Source: an uncultured Candidatus Saccharibacteria bacterium
GTDB lineage: Bacteria; Patescibacteriota; JAUYIX01; CAYNWW01
Assembly (NCBI GenBank): GCA_964401055.1
Contig: CAYNWW010000001.1
Location: 105,003 to 169,002, forward strand
Direction of reading: 5' to 3'
DNA: 64,000 bases
Shown here in pieces: positions 52,895 to 63,445 of this stretch. Below the pieces are notes generated by a model, which was given only the letters and a program-made list of their open reading frames with translations, did no database searches and had not been told where the DNA came from. The position numbers and the translations under genes were made by a program. How positions within the stretch are numbered: position 1 is the first letter of the stretch; each line of letters starts with the position of its first letter.

Positions 52895-54447
52895 ATCTGT
52901 GGGCCGCGCGGGCCGATGGTGGTTGAAGTGCGTGGTTGTGCGAGCAGTTGCCAGTCGGGAGCTTCGATTGCGGCTTGTGCGCGTTCATTGCGTTGACTTG
53001 GAATGCAGGTAACAACGTGTGTGTGCGCGTCGACATCGCGCTGGTGAATTTCGAGAAATTGAGAGGTTGCGCCGTCGGTAATTTTGTTTCGTTGGTCGCT
53101 GCTCTCGATGAGATAGTCAACATGAGCTTTTTTATATTGCGTGATTGTTTTTTCCGCAACGGTATCATAGTTCGTCACGCGAAATATTGCTCCGTTCAGT
53201 ATCGGCGCATATCGGTCGCGCACTACGTGGGCATGTGCGGGCAGATTGTTGGCAATCCACTGCGCGGCGATTTCGCGCGTTTCCGGTTGTAAAAACGACT
53301 CTGTTGTCCGGATGCCGCGGACGCACGCCGGTAGAATGATGAGTACGGCGAGCGTGGCGGCAAGGCGCGGCGATTTTTTTGCTAGCAATGCAACGCCGCC
53401 TGCGGCAAAAATTGCACAAAAAGGCAGAAGCGGAATCATCCACCGATCCCAATGAAGCGCATGCGCACTGAGTGTGTAGAAAAAAGTCAGAGGGAATGCG
53501 GCGACAATCAGGGCATCGCGCTGACGCTTGATGATGAGTACATACAGTGCTGTGCTCACGGCCGCAAGTATGGCAAAGGTGCCCATGCCCCAGGTGAGCG
53601 TGGTGGTCGCATAAAATTTCATATTTCCCAGCCAGGAAAGTCCATCTGCGCCGGGATGATGCGCGCGCCCTTCGTACAACACGTCCTTGATCAAGTGTGT
53701 CGGCGAATCCAATGCGTGCGGCACCAATACGAGCCAGACCATGAGTGCGATTCCTGCTGCGCCCCAGAGGTTGCGAGTTTGGCGCTTGGGTCGGGCGATG
53801 CTGAGATGCGCAATCACGAGTGACACCGCGCCAAGAATGCCGGGGTATTTCGTCGCCAGTGCGATGCCAATCGTAATGCCCGCCGCGATGTATGATCGCC
53901 TGCTGCCGTGCGTGCGATGGATTTCAGTGGCACACCACACCACAAGCAAACTCCACCACGCGAGCGGTATATCCGGCCGAATATATGCCACGTGCTCGAT
54001 GAGCATGCTACTCGCCGCGACAAGTAGCGCAGCGCTCGCACCGATTGCGGATGAGGCTTGAAATAAGCGCCGAGTGAGTGCGTACACGAGCACGAGTACG
54101 CCCAGGATGTATGCGAGATTGAGTGCGCGCGCGGTCACAAACACCCAGCGTTCCTGCGCGGCGTATGCATGCGCGATGGTAGGCGCATGTGTGATATGCG
54201 TGAGGCGTGCAATAGAAAATCCAACACGTAGAGCTGCTGCTTCTGAATAAAACAGCGTCGAGTCCGGTAGTCCAAATTTGTACGGATTTGCGGTCGGATG
54301 CTCGGCGATCAATATTGCCGGTCCGAGCACGTATGCATCATCAGGGTGGATTGCCTGTGGAATGCCGAAAAACAGCACCGGAACGCGCATCAGGAGTGCA
54401 AGTACGAGGACGACAATGAGGAATTTGTGATCGCGAAATAGATGCAT
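52873..54447 (-). CDS. GT-C membrane glycosyltransferase, PMT/ArnT family (GT39/GT83-like)
   Basis: 524 aa with about 12 TM helices. The DD-containing first loop (AIHPDDAYVLGP) is typical of the PMT_2/ArnT family. Confidence 0.7.
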   Translation of the reverse strand: MHLFRDHKFLIVVLVLALLMRVPVLFFGIPQAIHPDDAYVLGPAILIAEHPTANPYKFGLPDSTLFYSEAAALRVGFSIARLTHITHAPTIAHAYAAQERWVFVTARALNLAYILGVLVLVYALTRRLFQASSAIGASAALLVAASSMLIEHVAYIRPDIPLAWWSLLVVWCATEIHRTHGSRRSYIAAGITIGIALATKYPGILGAVSLVIAHLSIARPKRQTRNLWGAAGIALMVWLVLVPHALDSPTHLIKDVLYEGRAHHPGADGLSWLGNMKFYATTTLTWGMGTFAILAAVSTALYVLIIKRQRDALIVAAFPLTFFYTLSAHALHWDRWMIPLLPFCAIFAAGGVALLAKKSPRLAATLAVLIILPACVRGIRTTESFLQPETREIAAQWIANNLPAHAHVVRDRYAPILNGAIFRVTNYDTVAEKTITQYKKAHVDYLIESSDQRNKITDGATSQFLEIHQRDVDAHTHVVTCIPSQRNERAQAAIEAPDWQLLAQPRTSTTIGPRGPQICIRMIY

Positions 54448-54559
54448 ATCTCATCATAGAGCCCAGGTGAGGATTTTGACAACTTTTTTTCAGAGGCGTA
54501 AGGTGAATTATTACCGCAAGATGGTTTTGTGGTAATGCTAAGCAGGAGGATGTAGCGCG

Positions 54560-55390
54560 ATGTTTTTGGCTCATATGGGTGCGCCCATGGTGATCGGAAA
54601 CGAATGGTGTGAAATTGATGGTACGCTAGACTTTTTGGAGCAATTTTATGGGCCACAGCGACCATTTTCTCGCATCATCGTGCCGGGTGGTCCGCTGGCG
54701 CTTCGAGAAGATAGCTTGTATCTTGCTGAAGTATTTAGGTCGGCAGATATTTTGGTGAAGACATATCACCCCAAAGATCTCTACTTCATTGGGAATAAAG
54801 GACAAGAAAACGCTGATGTGATAAGCCTTATCGGCGGATTTTTCTCAGATAAGCGTTTGCAAAAAATCAGCAATTTAAACCTTGGTATTCGTTTGCGTCC
54901 AAAGGAAGACAGCTATCTGGAAAGAGGTACAGCCGTCATTGTTGGTTGTTCCGACCCTCGACTTGTAAACACTGCGTTACCTGCGCTGCATAAAGAAGTG
55001 CAGGAGGTGCTGCAGATTCAGGATGAAAGTGTACCTTTTCGACCATTGTTGTTTCATATTGCAGGAGGAGCCCAGCAGCTTGCGCGAAACTCGGGTATGT
55101 TCGAGAATTTTCGTGCCTGGATCGCGTCGTGTTTGAAAAAAGGAAACCCGATTCGTACCATTGCTCTTTCCACACACACGCGATGTGGATCTTATGCAGC
55201 GGAAGCTCCTGCTGGCGTTGATGGTATGACGTCACCATGGCAATTAGAGCAACAGCGCAAAGATTTGTATGAGATTGCTTCTTGGCTCAGTGATCTGTTT
55301 CCGAAAACAATAATCACGAGTCATATCATGCATCTTAGCCCTGACCATGGCTTTGATAATCTGGAGCAGCGCCCAATGGTCCTGGGTTAA
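54560..55390 (+). CDS. Hypothetical protein with beta-carbonic-anhydrase-like CxDxR and HxxCG motifs
   Basis: 276 aa. The motifs are VGCSDPRL (position 128-135) and THTRCG (205-210). The spacing is longer than in canonical beta-CA, so the assignment is weak. A good RBS (AGGAGG) lies upstream. Confidence 0.45.
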   Translation: MFLAHMGAPMVIGNEWCEIDGTLDFLEQFYGPQRPFSRIIVPGGPLALREDSLYLAEVFRSADILVKTYHPKDLYFIGNKGQENADVISLIGGFFSDKRLQKISNLNLGIRLRPKEDSYLERGTAVIVGCSDPRLVNTALPALHKEVQEVLQIQDESVPFRPLLFHIAGGAQQLARNSGMFENFRAWIASCLKKGNPIRTIALSTHTRCGSYAAEAPAGVDGMTSPWQLEQQRKDLYEIASWLSDLFPKTIITSHIMHLSPDHGFDNLEQRPMVLG

Positions 55391-55451
55391 TTCGCCGCCA
55401 CCTCTTGTGTGCGGCTTTTTCTTTTGGAAAAAAATAGACTACACTGCAGGC

Positions 55452-56600
55452 ATGAAACGGACTTATGCTGCAGTACTATTTGCGATTTTTTTCGGTTACC
55501 TCGGATTGCTCGGTGGCGTGTTGTGGTTTGCAAAACATCGGCAGAAACCACACGCGCAGCAGCAACAGGCGCAGGTTGGCGTAAGTCCGCGCGCACAAAT
55601 TTTGCAAACAGTAGTTCCTGTGCCGTCGTCAGCACCTACGCTTCCTGTACTTGATCTCGCTACCATTTTTTCTAGCTCGTCGCTGGATGTATCCGCGCTC
55701 GATCCGACTCATATCACTCGCCTGCTTGCTACCGGCGACGTGATCCCGGCGCGTGAAGTCAACCGTGCCATGGTGCTTGCGCACAATTTTTTTACGCCAT
55801 TGTCACAAACTCGTGAATATTTGCGCGGAGCTGATATCTCGCTCATCGATCTCGAGTCGCCGTTGCTCAAGACCGGCTGCCCAATTATTCGCGAGGGATT
55901 TACGTTTTGCGGTCAGGCCGGATTTGCCGATGCACTCGCCGATGCGGGCGTGGATGTGGTGAATTTGCCCAACAACCATATTGGAAATTTTGGACTCGAT
56001 GGGATTGCGCAAACCGAGCGCGTGCTGGATGAGCGCGGATTGGCGTGGGATGGATTTGGTACCGTGGCGACGAAAAAAGTGCACGATGTCACGTTTGGAT
56101 TCATGGGCTGGAATGCGGTGGGTGCGCCGGTTGATCGGACGAAAATCGCGCATGATGTTGCAGAAGCAAAAAAGCACGTGGATGTGCTGGTGGTCTCAAT
56201 GCATTGGGGTAAAGAATATGTTGCGACGCCGAGTTCTGCGGCTGGGATCGCGCCTGATGATCCTCGCGAGCTTGGTCGGCTCCTCGTCGATGCGGGCGCG
56301 GATCTGGTCATTGGCAATCATCCGCATTGGGCGCAAGGTGTCGAGATGTATCGTGATAAGTTGATCACTTACGCGCACGGAAATTTTATGTTTGACCAAA
56401 ACTGGTCACAAGAAACCCAAGAAGGCGTTGTTGGTGAATACACGTTTTATGATCATGTACTCGTGGGCGTTCATTTTCAGCCCATTCAAATCGGAAAAAA
56501 TTTCGGACCATCATTGCTTGATGCCAATCGTGGAGCGCACATCATCAGCCAAATGAAAAAATCAACTGACGAAATGCTCGCCTCGCCTATTCTTCCTTGA
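55452..56600 (+). CDS. CapA/PgsA-family metallophosphoesterase (poly-gamma-glutamate/capsule synthesis protein family)
   Basis: It has the motifs NLPNNHIGNFG, MHWGKEY and IGNHPHWAQG. A signal anchor follows the ATG at 55452. Confidence 0.75.
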   Translation: MKRTYAAVLFAIFFGYLGLLGGVLWFAKHRQKPHAQQQQAQVGVSPRAQILQTVVPVPSSAPTLPVLDLATIFSSSSLDVSALDPTHITRLLATGDVIPAREVNRAMVLAHNFFTPLSQTREYLRGADISLIDLESPLLKTGCPIIREGFTFCGQAGFADALADAGVDVVNLPNNHIGNFGLDGIAQTERVLDERGLAWDGFGTVATKKVHDVTFGFMGWNAVGAPVDRTKIAHDVAEAKKHVDVLVVSMHWGKEYVATPSSAAGIAPDDPRELGRLLVDAGADLVIGNHPHWAQGVEMYRDKLITYAHGNFMFDQNWSQETQEGVVGEYTFYDHVLVGVHFQPIQIGKNFGPSLLDANRGAHIISQMKKSTDEMLASPILP

Positions 56601-57948
56601 GCACTTTTGCCGGATCCACTTTTGCCGCTTTGTATCCTGGCCACACGCATGCGATGGCGCCGACCGCATTCACCACAAGCCAGACGCCAGCGAGTGACAG
56701 TACGGGAACGCTCACAAACAAATGCTTGGGAAGTGTCGGTGATGCTGCCGAACTAAAATCGAGCAGCAAATAAAACAAATCCGCGCCCCATGTCCGTGAA
56801 GCGAATTCAGTTACCGCAAGTGCAAATCCGCAGCCGAGGAGAAATCCAATGTTGACGATGATAAGCGCGTAGGTGATAACAATTTTGTAGATATCTGATT
56901 TTGTCGCTCCTACGGCACGAAATAGGCCAATCTCTTTTTTGCTGTCGCCGACAATTTTTCCTACCGTAGTGAGGACAAACAGCGCCGCAATTGCCAAGAA
57001 AAATCCGCCAACGCCATACCCTGTCTGCTTGAATCCATTGATAGCGTCCGTGAACATGTCATAGCGCCCATCGAGCGCCACGAGCGGCCCGCCTTGCAGC
57101 GATGCATTGCTGAGGTTTGTGGCTGAGAACGCATTGAAATTTTTATTTTTCTCTTTGAGGAATTCGTTGCGCTCAGACTTTGTTTTGAGCTCCGTAATGA
57201 TGTTGCCTTCCAGCTGCGCGCCGTCAAGAAGCTTTTTCACATCGGAATTTTTTTCAAACGCCCAGTTTGGCAGAAGCAGTGCTTCTGAGGTGAGAAACAA
57301 ATCGCTCGTACTAAAAATGCTCGACGAACTAAATCCCACGATCACGAGATGAATGCCCGTCGCTGCTTGATCCTCATTTGTGAGCTCGACTTCTTTTCCT
57401 GTATATTTCGCGATCGCCTTTTGGCCAAGTTCGTATTTTGCTTTTTCGCCCAGACTTTTGTAATTTGGATATTCTTGCTCAAGTACGAGTCGCTTGGGCA
57501 CAACGACAGGAATTTTGCCATCGGCGCGCTCGTCAAAAAGTGATCCGTCGGCAAGGAAGTCGCGGACAAATGGCGCATCGATCGAGCGAATCTCGAGCTG
57601 GGAAAGTGTCTGCTCATTAACAAAATTTTTGAGTCCAAATTTGCTTTGACGAATTATTCGCTGGAGAAATACGGTGTTTATGCGATAATCAGCATTTGCT
57701 GCGCGATACTTTTCCGGCGCAAATGAAGATAGCTCGTCAGCGCTCACGCCTTGGATTGCAAACGATCGGTGCGCGGTCGTATCTACAAACAACGTACGAG
57801 TCGCAGTTAGCAATCCTTGCGTGGCAAAAAGTAGCGCAAGCATGACAGTTACGCCCAGCGCTACCGCAAATCCGGAGAAAAATTGACGAACGCGGCGGTT
57901 TTTAAATTTTGTCCGCGCCAATGAGAGCGCGCTTGTGATGTTAATCAT
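56587..57948 (-). CDS. ABC transporter permease (FtsX/MacB-like)
   Basis: It has an N-terminal TM, a large extracytoplasmic domain and a C-terminal FtsX-like four-TM region. The start was chosen at the ATG at 57946-57948, 4 nt after the ATPase stop. Confidence 0.75.
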   Translation of the reverse strand: MINITSALSLARTKFKNRRVRQFFSGFAVALGVTVMLALLFATQGLLTATRTLFVDTTAHRSFAIQGVSADELSSFAPEKYRAANADYRINTVFLQRIIRQSKFGLKNFVNEQTLSQLEIRSIDAPFVRDFLADGSLFDERADGKIPVVVPKRLVLEQEYPNYKSLGEKAKYELGQKAIAKYTGKEVELTNEDQAATGIHLVIVGFSSSSIFSTSDLFLTSEALLLPNWAFEKNSDVKKLLDGAQLEGNIITELKTKSERNEFLKEKNKNFNAFSATNLSNASLQGGPLVALDGRYDMFTDAINGFKQTGYGVGGFFLAIAALFVLTTVGKIVGDSKKEIGLFRAVGATKSDIYKIVITYALIIVNIGFLLGCGFALAVTEFASRTWGADLFYLLLDFSSAASPTLPKHLFVSVPVLSLAGVWLVVNAVGAIACVWPGYKAAKVDPAKVLKEE

Positions 57949-58780
57949 GAACAACCTCTCCATCGCGCAGGAGTATGATGCGATCCGCGCGAGCGGCGAC
58001 TTCCGCATCGTGTGTGACGATGATCATGGTTGTGCCTCGTTCGCGGTTAATCTGCGTGAGTAATTGTAAAATATCATGGCCAGTCGCGCGATCGAGATTA
58101 CCGGTTGGTTCATCTGCGAGAATCAACCGGGGTTGGGCAATCAACGCGCGCGCGATCGCGGTGCGTTGCATTTGGCCGCCGCTGAGCTGGCTCGGCAAGT
58201 GAGTAAGTCGATCGCTCAGCTGAACCGATTCAATCGCCTCTTCAGCCGCATGTCTTCGCGCGGCGCCATTTTTTGAAGTGAAGAGCAGTGGAATTTCCAC
58301 ATTTTCTCGGACCGACAAATATGGCTGGAGATAAAAAAACTGAAACACAAAACCGACCGTCGTATTGCGGTAATGTGACAGCTCGCCATCGTTGAGTTGG
58401 GAAATTTGTTTATTAAATACGCTGACCGCACCTTTGTCCGGACTCTCAAGACCGCCAATCAGGTTGAGCAATGTACTTTTTCCACTCCCGCTTGGACCCA
58501 TAATGGCAACAATTTCACCTTCAAACACGCGAAGTGAGATATCGCGAAGCGCGGTGACATCATGATCCCCCAACCGATAAGTGCGACTCATGTGATCGAC
58601 GTCGACAGCGATTTTTTTATCGTGGCGATCTTGCGAGCTTGTTTTGCGACTGAGGCGACGCGCAAGCTCTGTCTCGACTTCTGCGCGCGCAGCTTTCAAG
58701 ACTGCATCAACGCTGCCTTGGTAGGATTGCTCCGCCAGTGTCGCTAATTGGTCGCGAATTGCGCGAGGGAATTCAGCCAT
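57941..58780 (-). CDS. ABC transporter ATP-binding protein (MacB/LolD-like) with ~55-aa N-terminal extension
   Basis: It has Walker A (GPSGSGKST), the signature LSGGQMQR and Walker B (ILADEPTGNLD). Confidence 0.85.
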   Translation of the reverse strand: MAEFPRAIRDQLATLAEQSYQGSVDAVLKAARAEVETELARRLSRKTSSQDRHDKKIAVDVDHMSRTYRLGDHDVTALRDISLRVFEGEIVAIMGPSGSGKSTLLNLIGGLESPDKGAVSVFNKQISQLNDGELSHYRNTTVGFVFQFFYLQPYLSVRENVEIPLLFTSKNGAARRHAAEEAIESVQLSDRLTHLPSQLSGGQMQRTAIARALIAQPRLILADEPTGNLDRATGHDILQLLTQINRERGTTMIIVTHDAEVAARADRIILLRDGEVVHD

Positions 58781-58806
58781 CGCACTCCGAGCCTCCGGGC
58801 TATGAA

Positions 58807-60618
58807 TTAATTTCCTTGCTTTTGTTTGCGGCGTGCTTCAGTTTCATCCAAAATCATCTTGCGAATGCGAATATTTTTCGGCGTTACTTCCACCAGTTCA
58901 TCATCTCCAATATATTCCATCGCATGTTCCAAGTCCATCAGCAATGGTGTGTTGAAATGTTCGCTTACGCCGTCGCCTTTGGAGCGCATGTTGCTGAGTT
59001 GTTTTGCCTTGCAGACGTTGACGCGAAGGTCGCCGCTGCGTGCGTGTTGACCCACGACCTGACCTTTGTAAATCGGTACACCGGATTCAAAGAACAATTG
59101 TCCGCGATCCTGTGCGTTGAGCAAGCCGTACAAGTTGGTGGTGCCGGTTTCAAATGCGACGAGCGAGCCCTGATCTTTTTCTTTCCAGGCGCTTGAATCT
59201 TCGCCATATTCTTCAAATGTTGAGTTCATAATGCCGAGGCCTTTGGTGTCAGTCAAAAATTTGCTGCGGTAACCAAACAAGCCGCGAGTCGGCACGCGGA
59301 ATTCGATAAATGCAATGCCGTTGACGATTTGCATGTCGCTCATTTCGCCATGACGGCTGCCAATGCGCTGAATCACAGTGCCGGAATATGCCTCAGGAAC
59401 TTCGACGGACAAGCGCTCAAACGGTACTAGCGTTTTTCCATCCACTTCTTTTGCGATCACTTGCGGACGCGCAACCTGGAATTCGTATCCTTCACGACGC
59501 AGGCGCTCAATCAAAATTGCCAAATGCAATTCGCCGCGACCGCACACAATCCAGTTGCTGTTTGGGCCATCTTCGACGCGCAGCGCCATGTCGGTCTCAA
59601 GCTCTTTCATCAAACGATCACGAATCTGGCGTGAGGTGGTAAATTTTCCTTCTTTGCCCGCAAACGGAGAATCATTGATGCTAAACGTCATTTTGACCGT
59701 CGGCTCGGAAATCGCCAACAATGGCAGCGCGACTGGTTGCGCAGGATCCGCGATGGTTTCACCGATCGTGACTTCGTCAATACCGGAGATCGCCACGATG
59801 TCGCCTGCTTTTGCTTCTTTGATCTCAACGCGACTCAAGCCGTCAAATCCCATCAAAGATACCAGGCGTTCTTTTTTCGCCACGCCGAGTCGGTTGATGT
59901 GCACGATTTCTTGACCGGCACGAATCACGCCGTTGTGAATGCGGCCGGTAGCAATGCGACCCTTGAAGTCATCGCCGCTGATCGTCGTCACGAGCATTTG
60001 CAACGGTTTTGTGGCATCGCCGGTCGGTGCAGGCACATATTTCAGAATAGTTTCAAAAATTGGCGCGATGTCGGTCATCGTGTTAATGTCTTCGCTCAAG
60101 CCGGCCTTACCTTGTTTGGCTGATGCATACACCACTTGGAAATCAGCCGCGCTGTCGTCGGCGCCGAGCTCGATAAACAAATCAAATGTCTTGTCCAACA
60201 CATAATCCGGTCGTGCGTCCGGCTTGTCGATTTTATTGATGACCACAATGATCTTGAGTTTCATCTGCAACGCCTTTTTCAGCACAAAGCGTGTCTGCGG
60301 CATCGGGCCTTCTTTTGCGTCTACCAGGAGCAAACAGCCATCAGCCATACTCAACACGCGCTCGACTTCGCCGCCAAAATCCGCGTGTCCCGGCGTGTCG
60401 ATAATGTTGATTTTGTCATCGCCCCACATCACGGACGCATTTTTTGAAAAAATGGTAATGCCGCGCTCGCGTTCGAGTTCGTTGTTGTCCAAAATCAATT
60501 CGTGGCTCGTCTCTTCCTTGGTAAATCGAGTCTGAGATTGGCGCAGCATGGCGTCGACAAGTGTCGTCTTGCCGTGGTCAACGTGCGCGATAATGGCGAT
60601 GTTTCTCATGGTGCTCAT
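58807..60618 (-). CDS. typA: Translational GTPase TypA/BipA
   Basis: The N-terminus [19 protein letters not shown] and the 603-aa length with an EF-G-like domain order support the call. Confidence 0.9.
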   Translation of the reverse strand: MSTMRNIAIIAHVDHGKTTLVDAMLRQSQTRFTKEETSHELILDNNELERERGITIFSKNASVMWGDDKINIIDTPGHADFGGEVERVLSMADGCLLLVDAKEGPMPQTRFVLKKALQMKLKIIVVINKIDKPDARPDYVLDKTFDLFIELGADDSAADFQVVYASAKQGKAGLSEDINTMTDIAPIFETILKYVPAPTGDATKPLQMLVTTISGDDFKGRIATGRIHNGVIRAGQEIVHINRLGVAKKERLVSLMGFDGLSRVEIKEAKAGDIVAISGIDEVTIGETIADPAQPVALPLLAISEPTVKMTFSINDSPFAGKEGKFTTSRQIRDRLMKELETDMALRVEDGPNSNWIVCGRGELHLAILIERLRREGYEFQVARPQVIAKEVDGKTLVPFERLSVEVPEAYSGTVIQRIGSRHGEMSDMQIVNGIAFIEFRVPTRGLFGYRSKFLTDTKGLGIMNSTFEEYGEDSSAWKEKDQGSLVAFETGTTNLYGLLNAQDRGQLFFESGVPIYKGQVVGQHARSGDLRVNVCKAKQLSNMRSKGDGVSEHFNTPLLMDLEHAMEYIGDDELVEVTPKNIRIRKMILDETEARRKQKQGN

Positions 60619-60706
60619 ACGGGTATAAAAAAATGAACCGGCCGTGCCGGGTATATAAAAATTTGTACAAATAGATTATACTATAAAAAAATAAACTTGG
60701 CAACAT

Positions 60707-62305
60707 ATGGCTCCTGAAATCCCTTCGTTTCCTGAGCATCGCGCGTTTACGCGTGCGGAAAAACCAACACAACCACCACTCGACCCTATGCTGGAAGCCC
60801 AGCTCTACGAGGCTCTAACAGAACCACCGGAAAGTCACATTCCACATGAAGACGCCGTCGAAGTGCTTGGCGCGATCGACGAAGCAACTGAGACCGAACC
60901 ATTGGTCGAACAACGTTCGCCGTCTTTTGAAATGCCCGCCGAGATTCATGATCAACTCAAGCTGTGTGAGCAACAATTTGGTCATACAATCGCTCGCCGA
61001 GCGGAAGCTGCTATCCAAGAACAGCTCGCGCTTGTCCATATGGCCGATGAATTTGCTGCACATCTTCCACAGGAAGCCTTGAAACAATTTGAAGCAAAGC
61101 GCAGGAGTGCGGAAATCAAAGCAGCAACAAGCGCTCTTGAGCGCACAAAAGAATCGTACATGAGCCGGTTTGGGCTTGAAAACAAAGACGCGCTCAAATC
61201 ACTTCTTGCTGACACGATTCACAGCATCTATACCGAGACACAGGGAAGAAATCCCGAGCACATTCTTGAAGATTTTCAACTCATATCCGCAATGAGTATT
61301 GATTTGGACGGACTTAAAGCAATCAATGATTTTTTGGATCACGAGCACGGAGATAAATACCTTCAATTTTATACCAGCACATTTAAATCAACTTCCGAAC
61401 CGATGCGCGCAGTAAACCAGCTTGCGCGCGTGCGATCATTTTCTGCTGGCTCTGACGAGATATTTTTACTTATCGATGCACGCGAGGTGCTTCGGCCGTT
61501 TGCTCGCGATTTGGAAAAAGATGGTGTTGTGGCTCAGGAGATCAGCAGCCGTCTTGCGTTTGAAATGAACGCATTGGTGACGAAAATTCAGCACGAATTT
61601 CAGCGAGCCTTGTATAAAGCAGACCTCAAGCACCTCGATATTTTTAATCTGGACGCAATCCCATTAAACAAACTAGATGCCGTCTTTGCGCCCTTTCGAA
61701 GTCCTTCCGGTCAGTTTAAAGAAGGCGTTGAATTCCGTGCGACGTTTGGCGTCGGTGCGGCAACGCTGTATGATTCTTTTACTTCAGCAGAAACGAGTCG
61801 CGAGATAGAGTCAATTACCGCACGAATCCAAAAGCTCAAGGACGATGCTGTGCGCGCTCGTCCGCGCGCCCGACGCGACATTGAGCATGCTATTGGCGAA
61901 GCACAAGCGCTGCTTTCCAAAACACTTTTGTATGTTCTCAACCTTGCCGATCGGCGAATGAACGAGCACAAAAAGACAGGAAAAGGGTCGCGCGAGCACG
62001 GTAATTATTACAAGGAAATCCTTTCGCCTGAGGACTGGATTGCCATTGAATTAGATCCTGATCTGGCCGAGCAAACGCGCCTGTCTGAGCAATTGACATT
62101 TATGCTTTCTTTGCGCACTAAAGAAGCCCGCGACATGCAGGAGCTTATCAAGGAGATGAAGGATCAATTGGAAGAGTCGCGTCGTCGCATTGCCGAACTG
62201 GGCGCCGCACAAGAAAAAACAGTTCACCAGTTGGAGGGAAATATTCGCCAACTCACTGCGCGCCTAGACCGAGCACAACAAGAGCTTCGCGAGCGTAAAA
62301 AATAA
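60707..62305 (+). CDS. Cytoplasmic protein with degenerate GGDEF-like domain and C-terminal coiled coil
   Basis: SIDLDGLKAINDFLDHEHGDKYL aligns with the GGDEF-domain segment DxDxFKxxNDxxGHxxGD. The catalytic GGDEF motif is replaced by AGSDEIF. The N-terminus is acidic and disordered, and the C-terminus has heptad repeats. Confidence 0.55.
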   Translation: MAPEIPSFPEHRAFTRAEKPTQPPLDPMLEAQLYEALTEPPESHIPHEDAVEVLGAIDEATETEPLVEQRSPSFEMPAEIHDQLKLCEQQFGHTIARRAEAAIQEQLALVHMADEFAAHLPQEALKQFEAKRRSAEIKAATSALERTKESYMSRFGLENKDALKSLLADTIHSIYTETQGRNPEHILEDFQLISAMSIDLDGLKAINDFLDHEHGDKYLQFYTSTFKSTSEPMRAVNQLARVRSFSAGSDEIFLLIDAREVLRPFARDLEKDGVVAQEISSRLAFEMNALVTKIQHEFQRALYKADLKHLDIFNLDAIPLNKLDAVFAPFRSPSGQFKEGVEFRATFGVGAATLYDSFTSAETSREIESITARIQKLKDDAVRARPRARRDIEHAIGEAQALLSKTLLYVLNLADRRMNEHKKTGKGSREHGNYYKEILSPEDWIAIELDPDLAEQTRLSEQLTFMLSLRTKEARDMQELIKEMKDQLEESRRRIAELGAAQEKTVHQLEGNIRQLTARLDRAQQELRERKK

Positions 62306-62350
62306 AAAACGCGCCATGTTGTGACATGAGCGCGTTAAGTAAAAAAAATA
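62300..62350. terminator. Bidirectional rho-independent terminator
   Basis: The hairpin AACGCGCCATGTTGTGACATGAGCGCGTT is flanked by A-runs, between convergent genes. Confidence 0.5.
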
Positions 62351-62353
62351 ACG

Positions 62354-62701
62354 CTAAGCTCTTTGTTTGATTTCTTCTAACAGGGAGAGAACCTTTTGTC
62401 TCTCCCCTTCAGGCACATCTCCTCCTTCGATGCCGGATATTTTTTGGTGCAAATCGATCGCGAAATGCACAATTTTTGTTGTGTGAATTTTCGCTGCGCG
62501 AGCAAATTCAAAAAATTTTCCAACAGTTCCTGAGGCATATCCTCCGCGCAAACTTTCTTCACTAACCGAAAATACCAATGCAGTATAAATAGGTTCAACA
62601 TGCGCCTTAAACCTCTGAACATCCGCATCATTTACCTGCAACTGACTCACGCACAACCTCCTCAAGTTGAAAATTGAACTCACATTACTCAACTGTGACA
62701 T
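62354..62701 (-). CDS. Hypothetical protein
   Basis: A 115-aa ORF with no recognisable motif. It lies convergent to the GGDEF-like gene. Confidence 0.35.
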   Translation of the reverse strand: MSQLSNVSSIFNLRRLCVSQLQVNDADVQRFKAHVEPIYTALVFSVSEESLRGGYASGTVGKFFEFARAAKIHTTKIVHFAIDLHQKISGIEGGDVPEGERQKVLSLLEEIKQRA

Positions 62702-62794
62702 GCACTTGCGCTGAGTAAGTGCTCACTATAAACCAAATCGCAAATAAAAGCAAGCCCACTAAAACCAAAAAGACCCCCAACTCTTTGTGATAGA

Positions 62795-63445
62795 TTATTT
62801 GCTCTCGATCGGTTTTGCCTGCACGACGAGGCGCTTTGTTGATGTCCATAGTGGCGTGCATGTATAAAGTGTTAGTAGGCGATCTTTTGTGGGTGCCTCA
62901 ATGGATGTTTGCGTTGGCGGCACTACAAACGTTTTTGTTACCTCATAATCATATTCAACACCTTGCCAAAACACAATAATTTTGTCCCCGATATGCACGC
63001 GATCGAGAAAAAAGAATGATTTTGGTCCGGATGTGTACAAATAGCGGTGAGCGCTAAGCACTAGATTGCCGTGTGTCGGGTCACCAGTGCGCGGTCGATG
63101 CCAAATCCCTTTTGCAAGTACAGCATCAGAGTTACCTTCAAAAATGAGTCCATCAACCCCGATTCCCGGAATCACGAGTGTATTTTCTTTTGGTACTTGT
63201 TTGAGCTGCGCAGCCGCCTCCGCTCCTAGGTCAGTGCGCGCAAGGACGGATTGATACGTGTAATTTGTTTGCGGGCGCTGCTTGCCCTGGACAATCAGGA
63301 GGGCATATGGCGCAATCGGTGCCAGCCCAATAAAAATCGCTGCACAGCCGACTGCGAGAATAAGTCCCGTGTTGATTTTTTTTAGAGTCGAAAGCTGAAC
63401 GGGCCGCATGTTACGCAAATTTGCGGTAGCGACGAATTGCTTCAA
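62795..63445 (-). CDS. Sortase (cysteine transpeptidase)
   Basis: It has an N-terminal TM, a His region (GNLVLSAHR), the catalytic TLxTC motif (LTLYTCTP) and a downstream Arg. An alternative ATG at 63409 abuts the upstream stop. Confidence 0.75.
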   Translation of the reverse strand: MKQFVATANLRNMRPVQLSTLKKINTGLILAVGCAAIFIGLAPIAPYALLIVQGKQRPQTNYTYQSVLARTDLGAEAAAQLKQVPKENTLVIPGIGVDGLIFEGNSDAVLAKGIWHRPRTGDPTHGNLVLSAHRYLYTSGPKSFFFLDRVHIGDKIIVFWQGVEYDYEVTKTFVVPPTQTSIEAPTKDRLLTLYTCTPLWTSTKRLVVQAKPIESK

